Source: Lachnospiraceae bacterium (lineage in GTDB: Bacteria > Bacillota > Clostridia > Lachnospirales > Lachnospiraceae). Taken from it: a stretch of DNA of 64,000 bases. The stretch spans positions 5,971 to 69,970 of the forward strand of contig SFGF01000029.1 in NCBI GenBank assembly GCA_004556655.1, read 5' to 3'. The notes under the pieces are model-generated. The model did no database searches. It saw only the letters and a program-made list of their open reading frames with translations, and was not told the DNA's origin. The translations under genes and the position numbers were made by a program. Numbering within the stretch: position 1 is the first letter of the stretch; each line of letters starts with the position of its first letter. Below, in pieces: positions 18,723 to 27,839 of the stretch.

Positions 18723-20216
18723 ATGGGTGATGTAATCCTGACAATGAAGGGCATAGATAAGTCCTTCCCTGGTGTACATGCACTTGACCACGTAAATCTG
18801 GAGATCCGCAAGGGTGAAGTTCATGCTCTTATGGGGGAGAATGGAGCTGGTAAATCTACTCTGATGAAAGTCCTGACGGGAATCTATAGTAAGGATTCCG
18901 GAACCATTACCTTTGAAGGAAAGGAAGTAGAATTTTCCAATCCAAGAGAAGCACAGGATGCCGGAATCGTGATCGTACATCAGGAACTGAACATGATGAA
19001 TCATCTGACAGTTGCACAGAATATTTTTATCGGTCGTGAGATGATGAACGGTAAGCTGATCAATGATGCAAAGATGAACAGGGAAGCAGCAAAATTGTTT
19101 GAGCAGCTCAACATCGAAATTGATCCTACAGAAAAGATGGGAAATCTTACAGTAGGAAAACAGCAGATGTGTGAGATTGCGAAAGCCATATCCCATGAAG
19201 CGAAAGTTATTATCTTTGATGAACCATCAGCAGCCCTGACAGAATCCGAGATTGAGGAACTGTTTAAAATCATTCGGGATCTGCGCCAGAGAGGAATGGG
19301 AATTGTATATATTTCCCATCGTATGGATGAGATCAAGGTGATTACGGATCGTGTAACAGTAATGCGTGATGGTGGTTATGTGGGAACGCTGATCACGAAA
19401 GAATCAACCAAGGATGATATCATTAAAATGATGGTTGGTCGTGTCATCTATGAAGATCCCAAGACGGAGAGTAATGTGCCGAAGGATGCACCTGTGGTGC
19501 TGAAAGTGGAACATTTGAATGCCGGGAAAATGGTCAGAGATGTGAGCTTCGAGTTACATAAAGGAGAAATCCTTGGTTTTTCCGGTCTGATGGGTGCAGG
19601 AAGAACAGAGACGGCGAGAGCACTGTTCGGAGCAGACCCTAAGGATGGCGGAGAAATCTATGTAAACGGCACAAAAGTGGATATTAAAAATCCGATGGAT
19701 GCAGTAAAATGTGGAATCGGATATCTGTCAGAAGACCGGAAACGTTATGGAATCGTTGTACAGAAAAGTGTAGCTGAGAATTCCACGATGGCTGCTTTGG
19801 ATGATTACATGAGTGGAATTTTTATCAACAAGAAGAAAGAAAATGAAGTTGCACAAAAGTATGTAAAACAGCTGAAAACGAAAACTCCGGGTGTGGATCA
19901 GCTGGTAGTGAATCTGTCAGGTGGAAATCAGCAGAAAGTTGTTATTGCAAAATGGCTGATAAGAAACTGTGATATTCTTATCTTTGATGAACCGACCCGA
20001 GGAATTGACGTTGGAGCGAAAAGCGAGATTTACCAATTAATGAATGAACTGGTTGCAGAAGGAAAGTCAATCATTATGATTTCCTCTGAGATGACAGAAA
20101 TATTAAGAATGAGTGACCGCATTGTGATAATGTGTGAGGGAAGAAAGACAGGAGAACTGGATATCTCCGAAGCAACTCAGGAAAACATTATGCATGCTGC
20201 GACACTTAGAGAGTAG
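18723..20216 (+). CDS. Sugar ABC transporter ATP-binding protein (RbsA/MglA type), copy 1
   Basis: Walker A GENGAGKST, LSGGNQQKV and FDEPTRGIDVGAK. Two-NBD CUT2 architecture, 497 aa. Confidence 0.95.
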   Translation: MGDVILTMKGIDKSFPGVHALDHVNLEIRKGEVHALMGENGAGKSTLMKVLTGIYSKDSGTITFEGKEVEFSNPREAQDAGIVIVHQELNMMNHLTVAQNIFIGREMMNGKLINDAKMNREAAKLFEQLNIEIDPTEKMGNLTVGKQQMCEIAKAISHEAKVIIFDEPSAALTESEIEELFKIIRDLRQRGMGIVYISHRMDEIKVITDRVTVMRDGGYVGTLITKESTKDDIIKMMVGRVIYEDPKTESNVPKDAPVVLKVEHLNAGKMVRDVSFELHKGEILGFSGLMGAGRTETARALFGADPKDGGEIYVNGTKVDIKNPMDAVKCGIGYLSEDRKRYGIVVQKSVAENSTMAALDDYMSGIFINKKKENEVAQKYVKQLKTKTPGVDQLVVNLSGGNQQKVVIAKWLIRNCDILIFDEPTRGIDVGAKSEIYQLMNELVAEGKSIIMISSEMTEILRMSDRIVIMCEGRKTGELDISEATQENIMHAATLRE

Positions 20217-20229
20217 GAGGAAGAAAAAC

Positions 20230-21210
20230 GTGGAAAAAATTAAAAACAATGCGTTTGTCAAGAAAATCGGTTTTAACCGGTTGGTGCTTACAGGAGTTTT
20301 GATTCTGATGTATATTGCGTTTGCGATTCTGGAACCTACGTTCCTGAAGTATAACAGAATCCTGAGTGCATTAAACTATGCATATTTCCTTGGCTTCCTG
20401 GCACTGGGTGTAACATTTGTTATTGCGACGGGAGGAATCGATTTCTCCATCGGTACGGTAATGTTCTGTTCCGCTTTGATCGGCGGTCAGCTCCTTACTG
20501 TAAAAGGATGGCCGATGGCTGTAGCACTGATCGTCAGCATACTGGTAGGTACCTGTTTTGGTATCCTGAACGGTTTCATGGTAGCATATATGGGAATGCC
20601 TTCCTTTATTACATCCATGGCGAGTATGCTTTTATCCAAAGGTCTCGGTTCTGTATTTACAGGAACACAGTCCGTAAGCTGGCCACAGGCTGCTCAGGGC
20701 GGATGGTTCAGAAAACTTGTAAAAATCAGTGTGAACGGTACTCAGATTCCTACAGGTTTGATTTGCTTTATTGTTGTAGCTGTCATTTGTGCGATTATTT
20801 TGAATAAAACAAAAATCGGACGTTATATTCTTTGCCTGGGAAGTAATAAAGAAGCAGTTCGTCTTTCCGGTGTTGATGTTAAGAAATGGGAGTTTCTGGC
20901 ATTTGTAATCTGCGGAACACTTGCAGGTATTGCGGCAATTTTCTTTGTAGGCGCTTATTCAACCGTTCAGCCGGGTCTTGGCGATACATATAACAATGAT
21001 GCAATCGCAAGCTGTGTTATGGGAGGAACTTCCATGTCCGGTGGTCTTGCATCCATCGGAGGAACCTTCATCGGTGTTATGATTATTTCTCTGCTTCAGG
21101 AAGGAATTCTGGCTATGGGATTCCAGAAAGACTGGCAGTATGTAATTACCGGTCTGATTGTTATCGTAGCAGTTTATGCGGATGTTCGAAGCCGTCAGAG
21201 AAAGAATTAA
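20230..21210 (+). CDS. Sugar ABC transporter permease 1 (RbsC type)
   Basis: GVTFVIATGGIDFSIG, GSNKEAVRLSGV and GGTSMSGG. GTG start after AGGAGG. Confidence 0.93.
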   Translation: MEKIKNNAFVKKIGFNRLVLTGVLILMYIAFAILEPTFLKYNRILSALNYAYFLGFLALGVTFVIATGGIDFSIGTVMFCSALIGGQLLTVKGWPMAVALIVSILVGTCFGILNGFMVAYMGMPSFITSMASMLLSKGLGSVFTGTQSVSWPQAAQGGWFRKLVKISVNGTQIPTGLICFIVVAVICAIILNKTKIGRYILCLGSNKEAVRLSGVDVKKWEFLAFVICGTLAGIAAIFFVGAYSTVQPGLGDTYNNDAIASCVMGGTSMSGGLASIGGTFIGVMIISLLQEGILAMGFQKDWQYVITGLIVIVAVYADVRSRQRKN

Positions 21211-21266
21211 TCATAGCAGTGTATTTGTTAAAGTGTTAAGGAATGGAAAGGATAGAAGGTGAAGAC

Positions 21267-22760
21267 GTGGGCGAAGTTATTTTAACAATGAAGGAAATCG
21301 ACAAGTCTTTCCCGGGCGTGCATGCACTGGATCATGTAAATCTGGAAATCCGTAAAGGTGAAGTACATGCGTTGATGGGGGAAAACGGTGCCGGTAAATC
21401 AACTCTTATGAAAGTTCTGACCGGTATTTACAGTAAAGATTCCGGTACAATAACATATGAAGGAAAAGAAGTAGAATTCTCCAACCCGAGAGATGCTCAG
21501 GATGCAGGTATTGTTATCGTACATCAGGAGTTGAATATGATGAACCACCTGACTGTGGCTCAGAATATTTTCATCGGTCGTGAAATGATGAGCGGTAAGC
21601 TGATCAATGACGCAAAGATGAATAAAGAAGCTAAAAAGCTTTTTGATAAATTGAATATCGATATCGATCCTACAGAGAAAATGGGTAACCTGACAGTAGG
21701 AAAACAGCAGATGTGTGAGATTGCGAAAGCTATTTCCCATGAAGCAAAAGTTATTATCTTTGACGAGCCATCTGCAGCTTTGACAGAATCAGAAATCGAA
21801 GAATTGTTCAAGATTATCCGTGACCTGAGAGATCAGGGGTTGGGAATTGTATATATCTCCCATCGTATGGATGAAATTAAAGTGATTACCGACCGTGTAA
21901 CTGTTATGCGTGATGGAGGTTACGTGGGAACTTTGATCACAAAAGATTCAACCAAAGACGATATTATTAAAATGATGGTAGGTCGTGTTATTTATGAAGA
22001 TCCGAAGACAGAAAGTACTGTACCGAAAGATGCTCCGGTAGTTCTGAAAGTAGAACATCTGAATGCTGGAAAGATGGTTCGTGATGTGAGCTTTGAACTT
22101 CATAAAGGTGAGATTCTTGGTTTCTCCGGTTTGATGGGTGCAGGACGTACTGAAACAGCAAGAGCGTTGTTTGGAGCAGATCCGAAAGACGGTGGAGATA
22201 TCTATGTAAACGGTAAGAAAGTAGATATCAAGAATCCGATGGATGCAGTAAAATGTGGAATCGGTTATCTTTCAGAAGATAGAAAGCGTTTTGGTATCGT
22301 TGTGCAGAAGAGTGTAGCTGAGAACTCAACTATGGCAGCACTGGACGATTACATGAGCGGTATCTTCATTAATAAGAAGAAAGAAAATGAAGTTGCACAG
22401 AAATATGTGCAGCAGCTGAAAACAAAGACACCGAATGTGGATCAGCTGGTAGTAAATCTGTCAGGTGGTAATCAGCAGAAAGTCGTTATCGCAAAATGGC
22501 TGGTAAGAAACTGTGATATCCTGATTTTCGATGAGCCTACAAGAGGTATCGACGTTGGAGCAAAGAGTGAGATTTATCATTTGATGAACGAATTGGTAGC
22601 AGAAGGAAAGTCAATCATTATGATTTCCTCTGAAATGACAGAAGTACTGAGAATGAGCGACCGTATCGTGGTAATGTGTGAAGGAAGAAAGACTGGCGAG
22701 ATCGATATTGCAGAGGCAACCCAGGAAAACATCATGCATGCTGCAACGCTTAGAGATTAG
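21267..22760 (+). CDS. Sugar ABC transporter ATP-binding protein, copy 2
   Basis: Same motifs and length as copy 1. GTG start. Confidence 0.95.
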   Translation: MGEVILTMKEIDKSFPGVHALDHVNLEIRKGEVHALMGENGAGKSTLMKVLTGIYSKDSGTITYEGKEVEFSNPRDAQDAGIVIVHQELNMMNHLTVAQNIFIGREMMSGKLINDAKMNKEAKKLFDKLNIDIDPTEKMGNLTVGKQQMCEIAKAISHEAKVIIFDEPSAALTESEIEELFKIIRDLRDQGLGIVYISHRMDEIKVITDRVTVMRDGGYVGTLITKDSTKDDIIKMMVGRVIYEDPKTESTVPKDAPVVLKVEHLNAGKMVRDVSFELHKGEILGFSGLMGAGRTETARALFGADPKDGGDIYVNGKKVDIKNPMDAVKCGIGYLSEDRKRFGIVVQKSVAENSTMAALDDYMSGIFINKKKENEVAQKYVQQLKTKTPNVDQLVVNLSGGNQQKVVIAKWLVRNCDILIFDEPTRGIDVGAKSEIYHLMNELVAEGKSIIMISSEMTEVLRMSDRIVVMCEGRKTGEIDIAEATQENIMHAATLRD

Positions 22761-22775
22761 GAGGAGATGAAAGAG

Positions 22776-23780
22776 ATGGCAAAAAATGAGAAAAAAGGAA
22801 ATGCTTTTTCAAATAATCCTTTGGTAAAAGCAGTTGGTTCCCAGCAGATTGTAGTATTGTTGGCAGTGGTTGTACTGTTTCTTGTTTTCAGTATTGCAAG
22901 TAAATCATTCAGACAGTATACAACAATCCTGAGTTTGCTGGATACCGTTTATTATATTGCATTTATGGCAATTGGTGTTACATTCTGTTTGATTACCGGT
23001 GGTGTAGACCTTTCTATTGGTACTGGTATGATCTGTTACTCTTTGATCGGTGCATATCTGGTTGTACATGTGGGTGTTCCGGTTTGGGTTGGTATTCTGG
23101 TTTCTATTCTTTGTGGTGTGATTATGGGATTCTTCAATGGTTTTCTGGTTGCAGTTTTGAACCTTCCTCCATTTATCGCCACACTGTGTAGTATGATGAT
23201 TACCAGAGGTATGGGTTCTATCTTTACAGGTGGTCTTTCTGTAGCATGGCCAAGTTCAGGATCTGCTCAGGGTGCATATCGTAATATGTTCAAGCTGAAC
23301 ACAGGAAGTATCATTCTTCCAATTGGATTCATTCTGGTTCTCGTTGCAACGATCGTTATGTCAACAGTATTGAATAAGACAAGACCTGGCCGTTATATCA
23401 TCGCTATCGGAAGTAACAAGGAAGCACTGAGACTTTCCGGTGTAAACGTAGTGAAATGGCAGTGGCTGGCATATGTGATTTCTGGTCTGTTCACTGGTTT
23501 TGCTTCCATCGCTTACGCAGGTGTACTTGCTTCTTCTGTAGCACCTGGAGCTGGTGCAGGACTTGAGATGGATGCTATCTGTGCGGCTATTATCGGCGGT
23601 ACTTCCATGAACGGTGGATCAGGAACCATTATTGGTACCCTGCTTGGTGTATTCGTTATGGCTCTGTTGAAAATCGGTCTTCCGTTCGTTGGATTCCAGG
23701 CAAACATGCAGCAGATTATCACTGGTCTGGTATTGATTCTGGCAGTATTTATCGATGTTTTGAAAAATAAAGCAAGATAA
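22776..23780 (+). CDS. Sugar ABC transporter permease 2 (RbsC type)
   Basis: GVTFCLITGGVDLSIG, GSNKEALRLSGV and GGTSMNGG. Start may be 22767. Confidence 0.93.
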   Translation: MAKNEKKGNAFSNNPLVKAVGSQQIVVLLAVVVLFLVFSIASKSFRQYTTILSLLDTVYYIAFMAIGVTFCLITGGVDLSIGTGMICYSLIGAYLVVHVGVPVWVGILVSILCGVIMGFFNGFLVAVLNLPPFIATLCSMMITRGMGSIFTGGLSVAWPSSGSAQGAYRNMFKLNTGSIILPIGFILVLVATIVMSTVLNKTRPGRYIIAIGSNKEALRLSGVNVVKWQWLAYVISGLFTGFASIAYAGVLASSVAPGAGAGLEMDAICAAIIGGTSMNGGSGTIIGTLLGVFVMALLKIGLPFVGFQANMQQIITGLVLILAVFIDVLKNKAR

Positions 23781-23834
23781 TGATTATATTGTTATAAATA
23801 TTTCAGAAAACACGAAATTTCTGAAAAGATTGTA

Positions 23835-23863
23835 TTGACAACAAATGAAATTAATGGTTTAAT
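23835..23863 (+). promoter_or_regulatory. Internal SigA promoter for the substrate-binding protein gene
   Basis: TTGACA (23835-23840), 17 bp spacer, extended -10 TGgTTTAAT (23855-23863). Confidence 0.65.
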
Positions 23864-23931
23864 GCAAACAAGTGAAGAATATGTTACGCAGATTGCGTGT
23901 TACATATACAAAATCAAAGGAGGATTTATCA

Positions 23932-25104
23932 ATGAAGAAAAAAGTTTTAAGCGTGTTACTTAGTACAGCAATGGTAGCTACCATGTTTGCAGGCTGCGGA
24001 AGCAAAGAGGCTTCCAGCGACAACGCAGCAAGCAATGACACAGCAACAGAGGATACTGCTGATGCAGCAGAGGATACCGCAGACGCAGCAGACGATACCG
24101 CAGATGCAGCTCCTGCAGGAGATATGCATTTCGAAATCGTATCCAAAGGTTTCCAGCATGCTTACTGGCAGGCAGTTAAAAAAGGTGCTGAAAGCAAAGC
24201 TGCTGAGCTGGGAGCAACAGTTAACTTTGTTGGACCGAATACAGAGTCCGATATTGCTGACCAGGTACAGATGCTGAATAACGCAATCAATGCTGAGCCA
24301 AATGCAATCGGTTTTGCAGCTCTGGATACAACAGCAGCTCTGGATGCAATCCAGACAGCTATGGATTCCGGTATTCCGATCATCGGTTTTGACTCTGGTG
24401 TATCTGGTGCTCCGGAAGGTGCCGTACTGGCAAACGCTTCTACTGACAACTATGCAGCAGGTGCTCTGGCAGCAGAAGAAACTTATAAAATTATCAAAGA
24501 CAGAATTGCTAACGCATCTGGTGCTGTAAGAATCGGTGTTCTTTCTCAGGATGCTACTGCTGAATCCATTATCAACCGTGGTCTTGGTTTCATCGACAAA
24601 ATCGCTGAACTGGCTCAGGCTGATGGAAAAACTGTAACAGTTGAAGGTAACGATAAATATGTTACTGACTCCAAAGTTGGAAAGAACGATGGCGCAGATG
24701 TTATTATCGAAGTAGCAGTTCCTGCTTCTGTAGATGCTTCCCTGTCCAAGACAGACTGTGAAACAATCCTGAACAAAGAAGATACAATTTGTATCTATGG
24801 TTCCAACCAGCACTCCGGTGAAGCTATGGTTAGTGCAAATGAAACACTTCAGAAATTTGGATCAGGCGATGACAAAGTTGTTGGTGTAGCATTTGACTCT
24901 GGTGCAGTTATCAAAGGCGCTGTAGCTGATGGAACATTTGCAGGTGCTATTACTCAGGCTCCTGTAGCAATGGGTGAAAAACTGGTTGAGCTTCTGTATG
25001 CATCAGCTAACGGAGAATCTGTTGAGAATACAGATACAGGATGCCAGTGGTATACAGCTGATAACATGAACAACGAAGAAATCGCTCAGAACCTGTACGA
25101 CTAA
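23932..25104 (+). CDS. Sugar ABC transporter substrate-binding lipoprotein
   Basis: Lipobox FAGC, acidic linker, VSKGFQHAYWQAVKKGA, IGFDSG and ITQAP. Confidence 0.92.
   Translation: MKKKVLSVLLSTAMVATMFAGCGSKEASSDNAASNDTATEDTADAAEDTADAADDTADAAPAGDMHFEIVSKGFQHAYWQAVKKGAESKAAELGATVNFVGPNTESDIADQVQMLNNAINAEPNAIGFAALDTTAALDAIQTAMDSGIPIIGFDSGVSGAPEGAVLANASTDNYAAGALAAEETYKIIKDRIANASGAVRIGVLSQDATAESIINRGLGFIDKIAELAQADGKTVTVEGNDKYVTDSKVGKNDGADVIIEVAVPASVDASLSKTDCETILNKEDTICIYGSNQHSGEAMVSANETLQKFGSGDDKVVGVAFDSGAVIKGAVADGTFAGAITQAPVAMGEKLVELLYASANGESVENTDTGCQWYTADNMNNEEIAQNLYD
24049..24111 (+). repeat. 3 x 21 bp coding tandem repeat ([E/D]DTADAA) in the lipoprotein tether
   Basis: GAGGATACTGCTGATGCAGCA / GAGGATACCGCAGACGCAGCA / GACGATACCGCAGATGCAGCT. 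Confidence 0.85.
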
Positions 25105-25172
25105 TTTAAAGAGGAAAAGTCATACGGTAAGTTATCGGAAGGCTTAAAAGAAAAGTTATAACGTGAATAAAC

Positions 25173-25198
25173 TTCCCCGGGGCTTTCACCCCGGGGAA
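25173..25198 (+). terminator. GC-rich stem-loop between the SBP gene and the kinase gene (terminator or mRNA stabiliser)
   Basis: TTCCCCGGGG-CTTTCA-CCCCGGGGAA followed by ATTTT. Confidence 0.6.
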
Positions 25199-25228
25199 AT
25201 TTTACATAATGGAAAGGGGATTTTGCAC

Positions 25229-26704
25229 ATGAACAAAAGAATTTTAGCATTTGATTTTGGAGCATCCAGCGGCCGTGCCATGATCGGAACTTACAATGGC
25301 GAAACACTTGAACTGGAAGAGATCCACCGTTTTTCCAATGATCCCGTAATTGTGAATGGAACAATGTATTGGGATACGCTCCGTTTGTTCTATGAAATCA
25401 AACAGGGCATTGTAAAAGCAAAACTTGCAGGTGGATTTGATAGTATCGGTATTGATACCTGGGGTGTTGATTTTGGCTTGCTGGATAAAGAGGGAAAGCT
25501 TCTTGAAAACCCGATTCACTATAGAGATGACAGAACAAAAGGTATGATAGAAAAGAGCTTTGAGTATCTGCCAAAGGAAAAATTTTACGAGATTACCGGT
25601 CTGCAGTTTATGGAATTAAATACCGTATTTCAGCTGTTAGCATTGAAAGAAAAACGTCCGGATGTTTTGGAAAGAGCGGATAAACTTCTGCTCACACCTG
25701 ATTTATTTGCATACTTCCTGACCGGTGTAAAGAGTACAGAATATTCTATCGCTTCTACTACTCAACTTTTGGATGCAAAGGAACGTACATGGTCTAAAGA
25801 AGTTCTGGAAGCACTGGGACTGCCGGAGAAGATATTTACAGATATTGTACCGTGTGGTACCGTGATCGGACAGTTGTCTGATGAGATTTGTGAAGAATTG
25901 GGTGTAGATAAAGTAGATGTTGTATCAGTTGCATCTCATGACACACAGAGCGCTTTGATTGCTGTTCCGGCAAAAGAAAAAGATTTTATTTTCCTGAGCA
26001 GTGGAACATGGTCACTGTTGGGAACAGAGCTGGATGCACCGATCATCGATGAAAATTCTGAGAAATATAATATTACCAATGAAGGTGGATGTGAGTATAA
26101 AGCAAGTTTCCTGAAAAATATCATTGGTACATGGCTGATTCAGGAGAGTCGTCGTCAGTGGATTCGTGAAGGACAGGAATATGGTTTTGGTGAACTGGAA
26201 ACCATGGCAAAACAGGTTCCGGCACTTCAGAATTTCATTGATCCGGATGCACCTGAGTTTGTACCTGCAGGAAATATTCCGAGAAGGATTCGTGAATATT
26301 GTGCAAAGAGCGGACAACCGGTTCCGGAAACGATTGCCGATATAGTGTGCTGTATTGATCAGAGCCTTGCACTGAAATACAGAATGGCATTGGAAGAGAT
26401 TGAGACATGTACAGGAAAGCATTATGAGACAATCTATATTGTAGGCGGCGGAACTCAGAGTAAATTGCTGTGCCAGTTTACTGCAAATGCATGTGGAAGA
26501 AAAGTGGTTACCGGACCGATTGAAGCTACGGTTCTGGGTAATCTGGCTATGCAGCTGGTAGCAGCTGAGGATGTTCCGGAAATTCATGATCTGCAGACAG
26601 CTCGTGATCTGATTGGAAGATCCTCTGATATCTGTGTATATGAGCCGGAAAATGTGGATGCATGGGCAGAAGCATACGAGAAATTTGTAGAAGTAATTAA
26701 ATAA
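25229..26704 (+). CDS. Rhamnulokinase/fuculokinase-family FGGY kinase (paralog 1)
   Basis: LAFDFGASSGR, EEIHRFSN, GIDTWGVDF, SHDTQSA, SSGTWSL, TNEGG, FLKNIIG and GPIEATVLGN. Confidence 0.9.
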   Translation: MNKRILAFDFGASSGRAMIGTYNGETLELEEIHRFSNDPVIVNGTMYWDTLRLFYEIKQGIVKAKLAGGFDSIGIDTWGVDFGLLDKEGKLLENPIHYRDDRTKGMIEKSFEYLPKEKFYEITGLQFMELNTVFQLLALKEKRPDVLERADKLLLTPDLFAYFLTGVKSTEYSIASTTQLLDAKERTWSKEVLEALGLPEKIFTDIVPCGTVIGQLSDEICEELGVDKVDVVSVASHDTQSALIAVPAKEKDFIFLSSGTWSLLGTELDAPIIDENSEKYNITNEGGCEYKASFLKNIIGTWLIQESRRQWIREGQEYGFGELETMAKQVPALQNFIDPDAPEFVPAGNIPRRIREYCAKSGQPVPETIADIVCCIDQSLALKYRMALEEIETCTGKHYETIYIVGGGTQSKLLCQFTANACGRKVVTGPIEATVLGNLAMQLVAAEDVPEIHDLQTARDLIGRSSDICVYEPENVDAWAEAYEKFVEVIK

Positions 26705-26709
26705 GAGCT

Positions 26710-26760
26710 AAGAGACTGTCGCTTTAACGAATGAAGATTCGTGGAGTGGTGGTCTCTTTT
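26710..26760 (+). terminator. Probable intrinsic terminator
   Basis: AAGAGACTGTCGCTTT...GGAGTGGTGGTCTCTTTT imperfect stem with G-U pairs and a T tail. Confidence 0.55.
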
Positions 26761-26978
26761 ATTATGTCATAGAATATACGGTTGAAAATAGTGTTATTAG
26801 CATAAGAGCCATGTTTATAATTTGATTCGATTCTGTCCCCTTGATTTTAGAGCAAATAAGGACACTGTCTGGTCAAACTGGGTTCTTATTTATTAGAGAT
26901 AAAAGATATATAATATAGACAATCAAATAGAGATAAGTCAAAAAACCAATACCATAAATCATAAGGAGAAATTTGGAT

Positions 26979-27806
26979 ATGAAGATTCTTGATACAAAGT
27001 TTGTAAGAGGATTCATCAAAATGGCTGATGATGGTTTTCAACAGGGATGGCATGAGAGAAATGGAGGTAACCTTTCTTACAGATTGAAAGAGGAAGAGGT
27101 TGAGGAGATCCGTCCCCGTTTGAATGATCATGGTGAATGGAAGCCAATTGGTGCGTCTGTGCCAGGGCTTGCCGGTGAGTTTTTCCTGGTTACAGGAAGT
27201 GGCAAGTATTTCCGAAATATCATTGTGGATCCGGAAGCATGTCTGACCATCATAGAGCTTGATAGTAAAGGTGAAAATTACAGGATTCGATGGGGGCTTG
27301 TGGAAGGAGGCCGCCCAACCAGTGAACTTCCGGCACATCTGATGAACCATGAAGTGAAAAAACGGGTTACTGGAGGAAAACACCGTGTGATTTATCATGC
27401 ACATACTACGAATATCATCGCTCTCACATTTGTACTTCCGTTGGAAGATAAAATATTTACCAGGGAACTGTGGGAATCTGCCACAGAATGTCCGGTAGTA
27501 TTTCCGGATGGTGTGGGAGTTGTTCCGTGGATGGTTCCGGGAGGACGTGATATTGCTGTTGCAACCAGTAAATTGATGGAGTCCTATGATGTGGCAATCT
27601 GGGCACATCATGGAATGTTCTGTTCAGGTGAAGATTTTGATCTGACGTTCGGTCTTATGCATACAGTGGAAAAATCAGCAGAGATTCTGGTTAAAGTGCT
27701 TTCTATTCGTCCTGATAAACTTCAGACGATTACTGCAGATAATCTGCGTCAGGTCGCTGATGGATTTCATGTAAATCTTCCGGAAAGATTTCTGTATGAA
27801 AAATAA
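26979..27806 (+). CDS. rhaD: L-rhamnulose-1-phosphate aldolase
   Basis: GWHERNGGNLS, VTGSGKYFRN, PTSELPAH, YHAH, TECPVVFPDG and WAHHG. Confidence 0.95.
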   Translation: MKILDTKFVRGFIKMADDGFQQGWHERNGGNLSYRLKEEEVEEIRPRLNDHGEWKPIGASVPGLAGEFFLVTGSGKYFRNIIVDPEACLTIIELDSKGENYRIRWGLVEGGRPTSELPAHLMNHEVKKRVTGGKHRVIYHAHTTNIIALTFVLPLEDKIFTRELWESATECPVVFPDGVGVVPWMVPGGRDIAVATSKLMESYDVAIWAHHGMFCSGEDFDLTFGLMHTVEKSAEILVKVLSIRPDKLQTITADNLRQVADGFHVNLPERFLYEK

Positions 27807-27839
27807 TTAATATAAAACTAAAGTAAAGGAGGACGTAAC

